This document shows positions 1-10,701 of a DNA stretch of 50,130 nt, piece by piece. Numbering within the stretch: the first letter of the stretch is position 1; every line of letters starts with the position of its first letter. Source of the DNA: an uncultured Gammaproteobacteria bacterium (GTDB taxonomy: Bacteria > Pseudomonadota > Gammaproteobacteria > Pseudomonadales > Azotimanducaceae); the NCBI GenBank assembly GCA_913428515.1, contig CAJYCI010000001.1, positions 1 through 50,130 of the forward strand, in the 5' to 3' direction. The position numbers and the translations under genes were made by a program. The notes under the pieces were generated by a model. The model was not told the DNA's origin, did no database searches, and saw nothing but the letters and a program-made list of their open reading frames with translations.

Positions 1-425
1 ACGGCATCAGCTCTGCGCTCTCCAAGAGCTAAATTGTACTCTCTAGTGCCTCTTTCATCGGCATGCCCTTCGACTCTAACCCTGAGATACCTATTATCAG
101 CCAACGCTGAAGCGTGCTTATTCAATTCAGCGTGCGCAGTCCTTCGGACTATGGCCTGGTCAAAATCGAACAGAAAAACACCTACGAGAGTCTCAGGAAC
201 CGCACGGCTTTGCGTACACGAGCCATCGAGACACACTTTTTGGTGCACAATTAGCTTCCCTGCCTCGACCCTTGGGGCAATTGGTTTATAGGTTTCTTGG
301 GCTACCTTTTCTTCAATTAAATTCTCGGTGGATTCGGAGTATTTTGATTCCTGGCTTGCACAACCGATCAACAAAAACGCCAGTATGACAACTCCAAAAA
401 ACCTTTTTGTTCCTTGAAAACTCAT
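1..425 (-). CDS. pal: peptidoglycan-associated lipoprotein Pal (3' end cut by window edge)
   Basis: Not in the ORF track because it runs off the left edge. Minus-strand ATG at 425-423 gives MSFQGTKRFFGVVILAFLLIGCAS (lipobox LLIGC), then ...RVEGHADERGTREYNLALGERRADA, the OmpA-like/Pal signature. It lies directly downstream of tolB, as in tol-pal operons. Confidence 0.9.
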   Translation of the reverse strand, partial: MSFQGTKRFFGVVILAFLLIGCASQESKYSESTENLIEEKVAQETYKPIAPRVEAGKLIVHQKVCLDGSCTQSRAVPETLVGVFLFDFDQAIVRRTAHAELNKHASALADNRYLRVRVEGHADERGTREYNLALGERRADA

Positions 426-535
426 TTTTTTCGCTCCTTTGTACTCACCCGAACACGAATATGGAAAGGAATTAAACCACAAATCGTCCTAACTTTTCAC
501 TAAACCACGAAAATATTCAGAAAATCGAAAGAGAT

Positions 536-1861
536 TTAGTCGAGAACCTCAAATATCTTTTTCTTATTCGGCGACCAAGCAGGCTCGCGAACGTCTCCTG
601 CCGATGAAGGCAGATTAAACTTGACCAAGCCATCAACCGAAACCGTCGCAAGAATACCTTCTTCGTTCCTTTGAGTTGCGTATATTACGAGGCTCCCATT
701 TGGCGCGACACTAGGGGATTCGTCCAGGGAGGTTTCAGTTAAAACATTCAAAGTTCCCTTTTTAAGATCTAACATCGCAATATGAAAAACGCCATCTCTG
801 CGATGAACCATGACTAAAGCACTCCCATCTTTTAACAAGCTCGCTTTGGCATTGTAATCACCTTCAAAAGTAAGTCTTTGTATCTGGAGATCCTCTAAAC
901 CAAGCTGATAAATTTGCGGTTGGCCTCCTCTATTTGAGGTAAAAATTATAGATTCTCCATCAGCGCTCCAGCTAGGCTCAGTGTCTATTCCATAATGGCG
1001 TGTAACCCTGCGGAGGTCTCGGGTTACCAAATCCAACAGGTAAATATCTGGGTTCCCGTCTTTTGACAAAACTAAAGCCAAGGTTTTGCCGTCAGGAGAG
1101 AATGCGGGAGCTCCATTCAAACCCGCGAACCTAGTAAGCACCTCGCGTTTATCGGTAGACAGATCGTGGAGAAAAACCCCCGGCCTTCCATCTAGCTCGA
1201 AAGACACATAGGCTACTGAGCCAGAATCTGGAGACCAAGTAGCTGACAAGATTGGTTCGTTTGATTCCAAAATCCTTTTTACTCCCCAGCCATCCGAATC
1301 TGCGATATTCAGAGCGTACAAGCGCTTGTCCTCCGCAAATTTTTCCGCCGTCACGTACATTATTTGAGTTGAGAAGGATCCCTCTGTTCCGGTAACGACC
1401 TCAAATATCTGATCACTGACGTAGTGAGCCATATCTCTTAACTCTTTTGGCAGTCCGTTGACTGTTCTACGACGAACCACCTCAGCTCTAGATACGTCAA
1501 AGATCTCAAAGTGAAGCCTTACTTCAACCTCGTTAGGTTCGAGGTGACCAAAGACCAAGTATTCTGCGCCGAGCATCCGCCAATCACGCACGAATATCTC
1601 TGACTCGTTTTCTGGGAAGCTCAACATATTTTCTTTTTTTAAAGGCTCAAATCGACCAGATATACTTAAGTCATTTGCAATAATTTGGTCTAATTTTGCA
1701 GGAGAATTTCTTTTCCCTTTCCACGCAAATGGAACCACCGCAATTTTAACCGCCTTATCAAGGCCCTGAGTGATCTCGATCCTCAACTCAGCATGAAGAA
1801 ATACGAATGGGTAAAAACTGAAAAGGCATAAAAACAAACTTAATGAGTTTTTTCTGGTCAT
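536..1861 (-). CDS. tolB: Tol-Pal system beta-propeller protein TolB
   Basis: 441 aa with a signal peptide and repeated SPDG/WSPD propeller motifs (ATWSPDSGSVAYVSF, PAFSPDGKTLALV, PSWSADGESIIFTS, PAWSP). Located between tolA and pal. Confidence 0.95.
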   Translation of the reverse strand: MTRKNSLSLFLCLFSFYPFVFLHAELRIEITQGLDKAVKIAVVPFAWKGKRNSPAKLDQIIANDLSISGRFEPLKKENMLSFPENESEIFVRDWRMLGAEYLVFGHLEPNEVEVRLHFEIFDVSRAEVVRRRTVNGLPKELRDMAHYVSDQIFEVVTGTEGSFSTQIMYVTAEKFAEDKRLYALNIADSDGWGVKRILESNEPILSATWSPDSGSVAYVSFELDGRPGVFLHDLSTDKREVLTRFAGLNGAPAFSPDGKTLALVLSKDGNPDIYLLDLVTRDLRRVTRHYGIDTEPSWSADGESIIFTSNRGGQPQIYQLGLEDLQIQRLTFEGDYNAKASLLKDGSALVMVHRRDGVFHIAMLDLKKGTLNVLTETSLDESPSVAPNGSLVIYATQRNEEGILATVSVDGLVKFNLPSSAGDVREPAWSPNKKKIFEVLD

Positions 1862-1863
1862 AT

Positions 1864-2604
1864 TTATAATCTCAGATCATCAGGACGAAAAAGCAGAGTA
1901 AATTCTCGAAAACTTTTCTCAAACAAGAAATTATCTTCGGGCACTGGGAGGTTGCTTGCCCTAAAAACTGCCCTCACAGCTGAATTATCGAATGCCTCGT
2001 TACCACTCGACTCTTCAACACTGGCTTGCAAAACCTCACCCGTCGGCAACAAAACTACTCGCAAAACGCAACGCATCCCGTTTCTAGCAGTTGGTGGTCT
2101 CGACCATTTTCTTACAATTTGATCTTGTATGTTGGCTACATAGACGAGAACCTTATCGATTTCTATTTTTGCTTCCCAAAGCCTCTCTTCTTTCAGAAGC
2201 GCCCTGTCTAGATCGAAGAGGAAATCGCTGGGCATTTTTTTGTTTTTCGCTTTCTCTTCCATCACTTCTGGCGATTCGATGTTTGCAGTCGAGTTTGGAG
2301 GGACTTCCCGAACCTTATCAATCTCTTTTTCGATTTTTGCTTGCTCAGCTAAGATAGAAGCTTCTTCTATTCGCCTTGCCTGAAGAATCTCTTCCTTTTT
2401 GTTTTTATTTTTTTTTCTACCTTGGAGGTCCCCTAAAGAGTATAGCTCAGCTTTTATGTAGTAATCTTGCTTGCCTGTTACGGAAAGATGAGAAGTCTGA
2501 TTGCTGAACGAAAGCATAGCCGCAACGCCCAGGTGCAAGGCCAAAGCAAAAACGAAACCAAAAAAGTAAAGATAATAATTCTTAGTTCCTCTGGCCACTA
2601 ACAA
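1864..2604 (-). CDS. tolA: Tol-Pal system protein TolA (short form)
   Basis: 246 aa with an N-terminal TM helix, a K/E-rich helical linker and a TolA/TonB-like C-terminal domain (IVRKWSRP...GEV...SSGNEAFDNSAVRAV). Located between tolR and tolB. Confidence 0.8.
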   Translation of the reverse strand: MLVARGTKNYYLYFFGFVFALALHLGVAAMLSFSNQTSHLSVTGKQDYYIKAELYSLGDLQGRKKNKNKKEEILQARRIEEASILAEQAKIEKEIDKVREVPPNSTANIESPEVMEEKAKNKKMPSDFLFDLDRALLKEERLWEAKIEIDKVLVYVANIQDQIVRKWSRPPTARNGMRCVLRVVLLPTGEVLQASVEESSGNEAFDNSAVRAVFRASNLPVPEDNFLFEKSFREFTLLFRPDDLRL

Positions 2605-2612
2605 CTACTCTC

Positions 2613-3041
2613 TTATTCCTTTGGGGGCTGGGTGATCAAGCCAACACCAGATGCCCCAGATTGACGAAGCACTTCCATTATCTCAACAATCGTACCGTAG
2701 GGGAGCATCTTATCGGCCTCGATTAACACCTTAACATTAGGATTAGAGCCCAGGATTTTTTTTGCGTCTTCCGCAATCTTTCCCAAAGACGTTGGCCAAT
2801 CCTTTTGACCAATATTCATAAAAATGGAACCATCCCGGCGAACCGACACAAGTAGCGTTTCAAATTCCTCTTGAATAGTTATTGGCTCCGAGATCGACTC
2901 AGGCAATTCCACCTTTATACCCTGCGTCATTAGCGGCGCTGTAACCATGAAAATGACGAGTAAGACAAGCATCACATCGATATAAGGGACAACGTTTATT
3001 TCTGACATTGGTTTTCTGCGATAAGCTTTACGCATAGTCAA
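2613..3041 (-). CDS. tolR: Tol-Pal system protein TolR (ExbD/TolR family)
   Basis: 142 aa with the ExbD/TolR N-terminus (MSEINVVPYIDVMLVLLVIFMVTAPL). Overlaps the tolQ stop by 4 nt. Confidence 0.9.
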   Translation of the reverse strand: MTMRKAYRRKPMSEINVVPYIDVMLVLLVIFMVTAPLMTQGIKVELPESISEPITIQEEFETLLVSVRRDGSIFMNIGQKDWPTSLGKIAEDAKKILGSNPNVKVLIEADKMLPYGTIVEIMEVLRQSGASGVGLITQPPKE

Positions 3042-3715
3042 ACTTTCTGGCTAGCACGAGACAATATACTGCTAAATTCCTCAGTAAATGCCTCAAATCG
3101 ATTAATAATTATTTCAACTTGGGCAGAATACCGATTGTAAGCTATGACCGCAGGAATTGCCGCAAATAGGCCAATCGCGGTTGCTATCAAAGCTTCTGAT
3201 ATGCCAGGAGCAACCACTGATAGAGACGCTTGATTTACCGTTGCCAAACCTCGGAAGGAATTCATAATCCCCCATACAGTTCCAAAAAGACCAATGTAAG
3301 GACTTGTAGAACCCACGGTAGCAAGAAAAGACAAGTGAACTTCAAGCCGCTCCTCTTCTCTTGCGAGCGCCACTCGCATGGCTCTCTGAACGTTTTGCAT
3401 TACTCTGTCAGAATCATCAGAGGCTTGAGCATTAGAACGAGTATATTCTTTGAACCCGGATACAAAAATGTTTTCGACGCCAATTTGCTCGAGGTCTTCT
3501 GATTCTAACTCTCGAAAAAGCTTTCCAAGATCTTTACCAGACCAAAACTCATCCTCAAAATGCAATGCTTGATTACGAATTGCTGACAAAGCGAAGCCCT
3601 TCTGGAAAATCATTACCCACGAAATAAAAGAGGCGCCAACCAAAATAGCCATCACAATTTGAACCACAGCGCTGGCGTTTAATATCAAATAAAAGATCGA
3701 GATTGGCTCGTTCAA
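3038..3715 (-). CDS. tolQ: Tol-Pal system protein TolQ (MotA/TolQ/ExbB channel family)
   Basis: 225 aa with 3 TM helices and a conserved C-terminal channel region (LATVGSTSPYIGLFGTVWGIM...ALIATAIGLFAAIPAVIAYN). TTG start preceded by GGAGAG. Confidence 0.93.
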   Translation of the reverse strand: MNEPISIFYLILNASAVVQIVMAILVGASFISWVMIFQKGFALSAIRNQALHFEDEFWSGKDLGKLFRELESEDLEQIGVENIFVSGFKEYTRSNAQASDDSDRVMQNVQRAMRVALAREEERLEVHLSFLATVGSTSPYIGLFGTVWGIMNSFRGLATVNQASLSVVAPGISEALIATAIGLFAAIPAVIAYNRYSAQVEIIINRFEAFTEEFSSILSRASQKV

Positions 3716-3737
3716 TAAACTCTCCTATTCGGAATCG

Positions 3738-4766
3738 TCACTCTGAAAAATCAGATTTTTTATTCGGCTCTTTGACGAGCCCGAAATGCTCAAAAGCCAA
3801 TCTTGTAACTTCTCGGCCACGCGGAGTTCTTACTATAAACCCCTGTTGCATCAAATAAGGCTCATAAACATCTTCCAAAGTATTTCTTTCCTCTCCCACC
3901 GTAGCTGCAATGCTCTCTATACCCACTGGTCCGCCGTCATACTTTTCGATTATAGCAAGAAGGATTCGTCGATCCATATGATCAAACCCATTCGCGTCAA
4001 CTTTCAGCAAGTTTAAGGCATGATCGGCCAGTTGCTTTGTCACGACACCCTCTCCTTCTACCTCCGCATAGTCTCTGACTCGTCTCAAAAGTCTGTTAGC
4101 AATTCTAGGGGTCCCCCGAGATCTAACCGCGATCTCGTGAGCGCCTTCTTGCTCGCATGTAATTCCAATTAAGCGGGCAGAACGGACAACAATTGAGGTC
4201 AAATCCTCGACCCGATAAAATTCTAATCTTTGCGCAATTCCAAACCTATCTCGGAAAGGAGAAGTAAGAAGACCAGTTCTAGTCGTAGCTCCAACTAAAG
4301 TGAAAGGGGGAAGATCGATTTTTATCGATCTAGCGGCCGGCCCCTCTCCGATAGTCAAGTCGACTTGGAAATCTTCCATTGCCGGGTACAAAACTTCTTC
4401 AATAGCAGGCGATAGCCTGTGAATTTCGTCAATAAATAATATATCTCCGCCCGATAGATTTGTTAGAGCGGCTATCAAATCGCCTTTCTTCTCGATAACA
4501 GGTCCAGAGGTCCCCCTAATCTCAGCATTCATCTCATTCGCAATGATGTTGGCGAGGGTCGTTTTACCTAGCCCTGGCGGACCGAAAATAAGCGTATGAT
4601 CCAGAGCCTCTCCTCTTTTTTTTGCAGCATTTATAAACAGCTGCATTTGCTCAGCCACCTCAGGCTGGCCAAAATATTCATCGAATTTCGACGGCCGAAT
4701 ACTCCAATCCTGATTTTTGTCAGAATCATCTTTATCTGGAGAAAAAATTCTATCTTCTTCTATCAA
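3738..4766 (-). CDS. ruvB: Holliday junction branch migration helicase RuvB
   Basis: 342 aa with Walker [12 protein letters not shown], Walker [11 protein letters not shown] and full-length RuvB-like sequence. Confidence 0.97.
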   Translation of the reverse strand: MIEEDRIFSPDKDDSDKNQDWSIRPSKFDEYFGQPEVAEQMQLFINAAKKRGEALDHTLIFGPPGLGKTTLANIIANEMNAEIRGTSGPVIEKKGDLIAALTNLSGGDILFIDEIHRLSPAIEEVLYPAMEDFQVDLTIGEGPAARSIKIDLPPFTLVGATTRTGLLTSPFRDRFGIAQRLEFYRVEDLTSIVVRSARLIGITCEQEGAHEIAVRSRGTPRIANRLLRRVRDYAEVEGEGVVTKQLADHALNLLKVDANGFDHMDRRILLAIIEKYDGGPVGIESIAATVGEERNTLEDVYEPYLMQQGFIVRTPRGREVTRLAFEHFGLVKEPNKKSDFSE

Positions 4767-4768
4767 GG

Positions 4769-5356
4769 CTATCTCCGTCTAAGCTCTTGAAGGGCTGCTT
4801 TTATGAGAACCTCCAAATCGGTTGATTCAATTTTTATCCGATGAATTGCAAAATCTACCTCCTGAGCTTTATAACCTAAATTTAACAGCGTCCCTTCAAG
4901 GTCGGATAGCAGTTCTTGAGCCATTTTTGATTTGTTTTTCTTTCCCGAGACTTTCTCAAAAGTAATTTTGTCTTGTAACTCTATTACTAATCGTTCAGCG
5001 GTCTTTTTTCCAACACCGGGTACAGCAGTTAAAGTTTTTATATCTTTTTCCATGATCGCTAACGACAACTCGTCCTCATTAAGTCCTGACATAATGCCGA
5101 TAGCAAGTCTTGGCCCTACCCCATTTATCTTAATTAACAATTGGAATAATTTTTTGTCCGTTAACTCTGTGAAACCAAACAATATCTGTGCATCTTCGCG
5201 AACGATAAGGAGTGTCTCCAAAGTCACGATCTTATCTATCTCAACTGAATTAGCAGTAGAAGAAGCAACTTCGATCTCATAACCCACACCATTAACGTCT
5301 AACACCAAAGCACCTTGGTCTAATGTTAAAACTCTCCCGGTAAGGCGAGCTATCAA
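4769..5356 (-). CDS. ruvA: Holliday junction DNA-binding protein RuvA
   Basis: 195 aa starting MIARLTGRV...VNGVGYEI, with HhH motifs ([21 protein letters not shown]). Lies 2 nt upstream of ruvB. Confidence 0.95.
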   Translation of the reverse strand: MIARLTGRVLTLDQGALVLDVNGVGYEIEVASSTANSVEIDKIVTLETLLIVREDAQILFGFTELTDKKLFQLLIKINGVGPRLAIGIMSGLNEDELSLAIMEKDIKTLTAVPGVGKKTAERLVIELQDKITFEKVSGKKNKSKMAQELLSDLEGTLLNLGYKAQEVDFAIHRIKIESTDLEVLIKAALQELRRR

Positions 5357-5901
5357 GCTTTTTCTACCTTTTGAGAATAACGGCCTCGACTAAAGCCTAA
5401 AGTTTTGGCTTTGCCGCTTATGAATCCTAAAGAAAAGTGAGTGTGAATGTGGCAGATTGCAATACCCAGAGCATCTGCAGCATCTTCTTTTGGCAGCTCA
5501 GATAAAGCTAGCAACGACTTTACCATTAGCTGAACTTGGTTTTTGGTGGCTGCCCCAGTTCCGACAACGGCTTGCTTAATTTTTCGCGCCTCATATTCGC
5601 TTAAGATTGCGCCTTGCCTTGAGCCTGCAATGATTGCTGCTCCTCTAGCTTGGCCTAGCTTTAGCGCCGATGGTGCCGATTTTGAAACAAAAATCTTTTC
5701 CACTGCTAATTCTGTTGGATTATATTTATGCACGATCTCGCTGATACCATCGTAGATGAGCCCGAGCCTCTCGGCGAGATCTTTTTTTTCGGCCACTTTG
5801 ATTCGACCACTCGCGACGTACTTTAATTTACCCGACGAGCTTTCTATCAAACCATACCCCGTTATTCTCGAGCCTGGATCAATTCCTAGAACAATAGCCA
5901 T
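5353..5901 (-). CDS. ruvC: crossover junction endodeoxyribonuclease RuvC
   Basis: 182 aa starting MAIVLGIDPGSRITGYG, with the C-terminal DAADALAIAICH motif. Overlaps ruvA by 4 nt. Confidence 0.95.
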   Translation of the reverse strand: MAIVLGIDPGSRITGYGLIESSSGKLKYVASGRIKVAEKKDLAERLGLIYDGISEIVHKYNPTELAVEKIFVSKSAPSALKLGQARGAAIIAGSRQGAILSEYEARKIKQAVVGTGAATKNQVQLMVKSLLALSELPKEDAADALGIAICHIHTHFSLGFISGKAKTLGFSRGRYSQKVEKA

Positions 5902-5968
5902 AGGCTTATATTAGTTTTTTTTTTATATTATCACACTAGAAAAACGCGAATTACTGCGGAGGACAAAG

Positions 5969-6706
5969 CTAACCAGTGAAGCCGTCTGGAAACTCTCCAT
6001 TACAATGAACTGCTGTTACATCATCAAGATCTTCCAGAGAATCTAAAAGACCAAGAACTTTACTGCTCATTGAAACGTCTAGCACATTTGAGCTACTTGC
6101 TACCAGTGTGATCTCCCCTGAAGAAACCTTAAAACCTGCTTCAGTAAGCGCTTTTTTTACAAGCACGTAATTGTCTACTGATGTCGTAATTTCTATGCTT
6201 TGATCATCCAACGTTTCAACGTCTTCAGCGCCACTATCAATAGCTATTTCGATCACATCATCTTCTTGTTCAAAGGAGTTTAAGCGAAGTATTCCTTTTT
6301 TTTCGAAAAGATAAGACACGGATCCGTCCGTTCCCAGGCTCCCCCCCGCTTTCGAGAAAGCATGACGAACTTCGGCAACTGTTCTATTTCGATTATCCGT
6401 CATTGTTTCTACTATGACTGCGACACCACCTGGCCCGTAACCCTCGTAGGTCAATGAATTCAGCTGAACTCCATCGTCCCCACCTGCTCCACGGATAATA
6501 GCTCGCTCCATGGTATCTTTCGGCATTTGAGCCGATTTTGCTTTTTCAATAACGCCACGCAGAGAGGGGTTGTCTTCAGGATTCGCGCCGCCGTCTCTAG
6601 CAGCAACGGTCAGCTCTCTGATAATTTTAGTAAACACCTTTGCGCGCTTAGCATCCTGTCCCGCTTTCCGATGCTTTATATTGCTCCACTTACTATGGCC
6701 AGCCAT
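5969..6706 (-). CDS. yebC: YebC/PmpR family transcriptional regulator
   Basis: 245 aa starting MAGHSKWSNIKHRKA.QDAKR, the invariant YebC N-terminus. Lies upstream of ruvC, as in many proteobacteria. Confidence 0.93.
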   Translation of the reverse strand: MAGHSKWSNIKHRKAGQDAKRAKVFTKIIRELTVAARDGGANPEDNPSLRGVIEKAKSAQMPKDTMERAIIRGAGGDDGVQLNSLTYEGYGPGGVAVIVETMTDNRNRTVAEVRHAFSKAGGSLGTDGSVSYLFEKKGILRLNSFEQEDDVIEIAIDSGAEDVETLDDQSIEITTSVDNYVLVKKALTEAGFKVSSGEITLVASSSNVLDVSMSSKVLGLLDSLEDLDDVTAVHCNGEFPDGFTG

Positions 6707-6708
6707 AG

Positions 6709-8478
6709 CTATAAATCCTCTGCCTTAGACAACAGAATATTAAGTTCTTCAAGTTGCTCACTGGGAACCTCGGCCGGAGCTGAGGTCATCAAGCAGCTGG
6801 CAGTTTGCGTCTTGGGAAAGGCTATCACATCTCTTATCGCAGATGACCCAGAAAGCAACATAACGATCCGATCTAATCCGAATGCTATTCCTCCATGAGG
6901 AGGCGCTCCGTATTTCATGGCGTTTAGAAAAAACCCAAACTTCGAATCAATTTCTTCCTGCGAATACTTCAGAGCTCGGAATATAGATTCCTGCATCTTT
7001 ATCTCATGAACTCGGATAGAACCCCCGCCGACTTCATACCCGTTAATTACCAGGTCGTAGGACCAAGACTTAACCCCAAGCGGATCCTGTTGAACTTCGT
7101 TAGGATCTCCTGAAGGAGACGTGAAAGGATGATGAACGGCTGATATCCTTCCTTCTCCATCTTTCTCAAACATGGGAAAATTAGTCACCCAACACGACGC
7201 CCACGGGGAAGAGTATAAATCTAGGTCTTCCGCTAACTTATTCCGGAGTGACGACATGGATTCGTTAACTACTTTACTCTTATCCGCACCAAAGAAAATG
7301 ATGTCTCCGTCACTAACTTCACATCGACTAAGAATATTTTGGATCTCTTCATCCGATAAAAACTTTAAAATTGGCGATTGAAGCCCTTTTTTGCCTTGGG
7401 CAAGATCATTGATGCGAACATAGGCTAAGCCCTTCGCACCATATAGAGCTACAAACTTGGTGTAATCATCAATATTTTTTCTCGAAAGACGATCTCCATT
7501 TGGAAGCCTAAGAGCTACCACCCTTGAACCTTGAGCTTTCGATGGTGCACTGAACACGTTGAATTCAGATTGTAAGAGCAGATCGCCTATATCTACCAAT
7601 TGAAGGCCAAATCGCAAATCAGGCCGATCAGTTCCATAGCGAAAAAGTGCCTCATCGTAATCCAAAACCGGAATCTCGCCCAAATCAACTTCAATCGAAT
7701 CGATAAAAAGCTTGCGAACGAGGTTCTCAGCGATTCTCATAACATCTTCTTGTTTCACGAAACTCATTTCTATATCTAACTGGGTGAACTCAGGTTGACG
7801 ATCCGCCCGAAGGTCCTCGTCTCTGAAACATCTTGCTATCTGATAGTAACGATCAAACCCAGAGATCATCAAAAGTTGCTTAAACAACTGGGGGGATTGA
7901 GGAAGAGCATAAAAGCTTCGTGGTTGCACTCTGCTAGGGACGAGGTAATCCCGAGCGCCCTCTGGCGTTGCCTTCGTAAGAATCGGCGTCTCCACGTCCA
8001 CAAAACCTTCCGCATCCATAAAGTTTCTTATTAGATGAGTAATCCGGGAGCGCAATCGAAGCTTAGATTGCATCTCAGGACGCCTAAGATCTAGAGCTCG
8101 ATTTCTTAGGCGAACATCCTCTCCAGCACTGGAATATTCGTCCAACTGAAACGGAGGAGTTTCCGCTGAGTTAAGAATTTTCAGCTCACTGCCAAGGATT
8201 TCAATGAAACCCGTTTCCATATTCTCATTGACAGCTTCGTCATCCCTGCTGCGAACTCGCCCACTTATTTGAACTACGAATTCATTTCTACAAGTATCTG
8301 CCAAAGAAAAAGCTGTCTCTGTATCTGGATCGTAAACGACTTGGACGACGCCGGAATAGTCTCTCAAATCTAAGAAAATGACTCCTCCGTGATCTCGGCG
8401 CCGATGAACCCAGCCACATAGACTGATTTCCTCTCCCACGTTGGCTTCTCTAAGACTGCCACACAAATAACTGCGCAT
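6709..8478 (-). CDS. aspS: aspartate--tRNA ligase
   Basis: 589 aa, bacterial-type AspRS with the insertion domain. Class II motifs are present ([45 protein letters not shown]). Confidence 0.97.
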   Translation of the reverse strand: MRSYLCGSLREANVGEEISLCGWVHRRRDHGGVIFLDLRDYSGVVQVVYDPDTETAFSLADTCRNEFVVQISGRVRSRDDEAVNENMETGFIEILGSELKILNSAETPPFQLDEYSSAGEDVRLRNRALDLRRPEMQSKLRLRSRITHLIRNFMDAEGFVDVETPILTKATPEGARDYLVPSRVQPRSFYALPQSPQLFKQLLMISGFDRYYQIARCFRDEDLRADRQPEFTQLDIEMSFVKQEDVMRIAENLVRKLFIDSIEVDLGEIPVLDYDEALFRYGTDRPDLRFGLQLVDIGDLLLQSEFNVFSAPSKAQGSRVVALRLPNGDRLSRKNIDDYTKFVALYGAKGLAYVRINDLAQGKKGLQSPILKFLSDEEIQNILSRCEVSDGDIIFFGADKSKVVNESMSSLRNKLAEDLDLYSSPWASCWVTNFPMFEKDGEGRISAVHHPFTSPSGDPNEVQQDPLGVKSWSYDLVINGYEVGGGSIRVHEIKMQESIFRALKYSQEEIDSKFGFFLNAMKYGAPPHGGIAFGLDRIVMLLSGSSAIRDVIAFPKTQTASCLMTSAPAEVPSEQLEELNILLSKAEDL

Positions 8479-8506
8479 ATATGCCCCCTAAAATATCTCT
8501 ATTTAG

Positions 8507-8836
8507 CTATTTCTTTTCGGTCGCGGCCGGAGAAGTATTTTTCTTCTCTGGAGCTCCACTCTTGCTCGCTTCTCCAGAAGTTTTTGCGGTGCCTTCAATT
8601 TTTTCTGAGCCGCTGCTTTTTTTTTCTGGAGAACCAGTCACGTTTTTCTTTTCCCCTGTCTTAAAATCTGTTTCATACCAGCCGCCTCCTTTTAAACGGA
8701 AAGCAGCGGCAGAAACCAATTTTTTTAAGGAATGGTTGCTACATTGAGGACAAGTTTTTAAGGGCTCATCAGAAATTTTTTGTAGTTTTTCAAATTTGTG
8801 TCCGCAGTGCTCACACTGATACTCATAAATGGGCAT
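8507..8836 (-). CDS. FmdB-family zinc-ribbon protein with K/E/S-rich tail
   Basis: 109 aa starting [16 protein letters not shown]...CPQC (CxxC-N-CxxC zinc ribbon), with a low-complexity C-terminus. Confidence 0.8.
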   Translation of the reverse strand: MPIYEYQCEHCGHKFEKLQKISDEPLKTCPQCSNHSLKKLVSAAAFRLKGGGWYETDFKTGEKKNVTGSPEKKSSGSEKIEGTAKTSGEASKSGAPEKKNTSPAATEKK

Positions 8837-9003
8837 ATTTAAATTTCCGAGAAAGCTGATTAAATTCTTGAGCCAGCATTATATAAATAAAACTAAGCTC
8901 TAGCGAGCTGCATGGATTATTAAGATGATTTTTTTTGATTTCAGGAAAACAAACGGCTAGTCGTGTAGACTACATCTGATTTTTAAGTTGCGTAAAAAAA
9001 GAA

Positions 9004-10701
9004 ATGAGAGCAAAAAAATTCTCAATTAATACGCTAAAAGAGACCCCCTCTGAGGCGGAATTAGTAAGTCATCGTTTGATGATAAGAGCCGGATTAATTA
9101 AAAAAACGGCATCCGGTATTTATTCCTGGATGCCGCTAGGACTTAGAGTACTCAGAAAAATCGAAGCCATAATCAGGGATGAAATGAATATTTCGGGGGC
9201 ACTTGAAGTCTTATTGCCGGCGATTCAACCAGCGGAATTATGGAAAGAATCGGGCAGATGGAATCAGTACGACGAAGGATTGTTGCTAAAACTCACCGAT
9301 AGACACGAAAGAGATTTTTGTTTTGGCCCAACCCATGAAGAGGTAATAACAGATTTGGCGAGGAGTGAATTGAGGAGTCACCGCCAGCTTCCAGTTAATT
9401 TCTACCAGATCCAAACCAAATTTAGAGATGAAACAAGGCCTAGATTTGGGGTCTTGAGGGCGCGCGAGTTTATCATGAAAGATGCTTACTCGTTTCACGC
9501 CAATAAAGAATCTCTAGAAGAAACTTATTGGAAGATGCATTCAACCTACACAACTATTTTAAAAAGAATGGGGCTTGAATTTAGACCAGTTGAAGCAGAC
9601 GGTGGCAGTATTGGCGGATCAGCATCGACTGAGTTTCATGTGCTAGCAGAGTCTGGAGAAGATCTCATAGCTTTTTCGAGCGAATCTGATTACGCAGCGA
9701 ATATCGAGCTAGCCGAAGCCGTGAGCCCGGAAATAGAGGCCGATAAATTTATGCAGCTTGAGAAAGTTGCCACTCCGAAAAAAAGAAGCATCGAGCAAAT
9801 ATCTGAGTTTCTTAACGTCCCAGTTGAGAAAACTGTAAAAACAATCCTAGTGAAAGGCGTAGCTTCAAAACTTGTTGGCCTCGCCCTTCGGGGAGACCAC
9901 CGATTGAGTACTGTCAAAGCCGAAAAAATAAGCGAAGTAGCAACGCCACTCACATTAGCAAGCGAATCTGAAATACGAAATCAAATTGGTTGCGGTCCTG
10001 GATCCATTGGTCCGACTCAGACTGAAATACCTATCTACGTAGACAGAAGCGCTGCGAGCATTAAGAATTTTATCGCGGGAGCAAACGAAGACGACTACCA
10101 TTTAAGAAATTTGAATTGGGAAAGAGACGTAGACGTCTCCGCGACAGTTGATCTGCGAGAAGTAAGAGAAGGAGATCCAAGCCCTGACGGAAAGGGAGAG
10201 ATACGGCTTAAGCGCGGAATCGAAGTAGGCCATATTTTTCAGCTAGGAGACAAATACTCAAAATCTCTTAAGGCAACTGTGCTTGACGAAAAGGGGCAGA
10301 ACATACACCTTGAAATGGGTTGCTACGGGATGGGAGTAACACGTTTAGCCGGCGCAATTATCGAACAGAATCATGATAAATCCGGAATAATCTGGCCCAA
10401 TAACGTTGCTCCATTCGATCTAGTCATAATTCCTATAAATGCTGGAAAATCTAAAGCTGTCTATGATAAGGCGGAAGATCTATACACGACTTTTTTGAAA
10501 AATGATTGTGATGTAATAATAGATGATCGAGAGGATGTTCGCCCTGGAGCAAAGTTTAATGAATGGGAGCTTATTGGTGTGCCCCACCGAATAGTCGTTG
10601 GTGAAAAAGGCTTAGCAAAAAACAAGGTAGAGTATAGAGCGCGCAATCTAATGAATACTCTTGAGATTTCAGTAGAAGATGCCTTGAGAATAATTCTTTA
10701 G
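9004..10701 (+). CDS. proS: proline--tRNA ligase (bacterial type with editing domain)
   Basis: 565 aa starting MRAKKF...TLKETPSEAELVSHRLMIRAG, with class II motifs (FRDE.RPRFG..RAREFIMKDAYSF, GCYGMGVTRL). Confidence 0.97.
   Translation: MRAKKFSINTLKETPSEAELVSHRLMIRAGLIKKTASGIYSWMPLGLRVLRKIEAIIRDEMNISGALEVLLPAIQPAELWKESGRWNQYDEGLLLKLTDRHERDFCFGPTHEEVITDLARSELRSHRQLPVNFYQIQTKFRDETRPRFGVLRAREFIMKDAYSFHANKESLEETYWKMHSTYTTILKRMGLEFRPVEADGGSIGGSASTEFHVLAESGEDLIAFSSESDYAANIELAEAVSPEIEADKFMQLEKVATPKKRSIEQISEFLNVPVEKTVKTILVKGVASKLVGLALRGDHRLSTVKAEKISEVATPLTLASESEIRNQIGCGPGSIGPTQTEIPIYVDRSAASIKNFIAGANEDDYHLRNLNWERDVDVSATVDLREVREGDPSPDGKGEIRLKRGIEVGHIFQLGDKYSKSLKATVLDEKGQNIHLEMGCYGMGVTRLAGAIIEQNHDKSGIIWPNNVAPFDLVIIPINAGKSKAVYDKAEDLYTTFLKNDCDVIIDDREDVRPGAKFNEWELIGVPHRIVVGEKGLAKNKVEYRARNLMNTLEISVEDALRIIL

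Noticed and set aside
34-291. 85-aa plus-strand ORF at the left edge
   Set aside because: It is antisense to the clearly recognisable pal coding sequence (OmpA-like motif on the minus strand), and its composition is not protein-like.
2026-2357. Two plus-strand ORFs (61 and 88 aa) inside tolA
   Set aside because: They are antisense shadows of the K/E-rich tolA linker, with no SD and no motifs.
5902-5968. Looked for a LexA SOS box (CTGT-N8-ACAG) upstream of ruvC/ruvAB
   Set aside because: No match is present. Only a plausible TGTGATAAT -10 element was seen.
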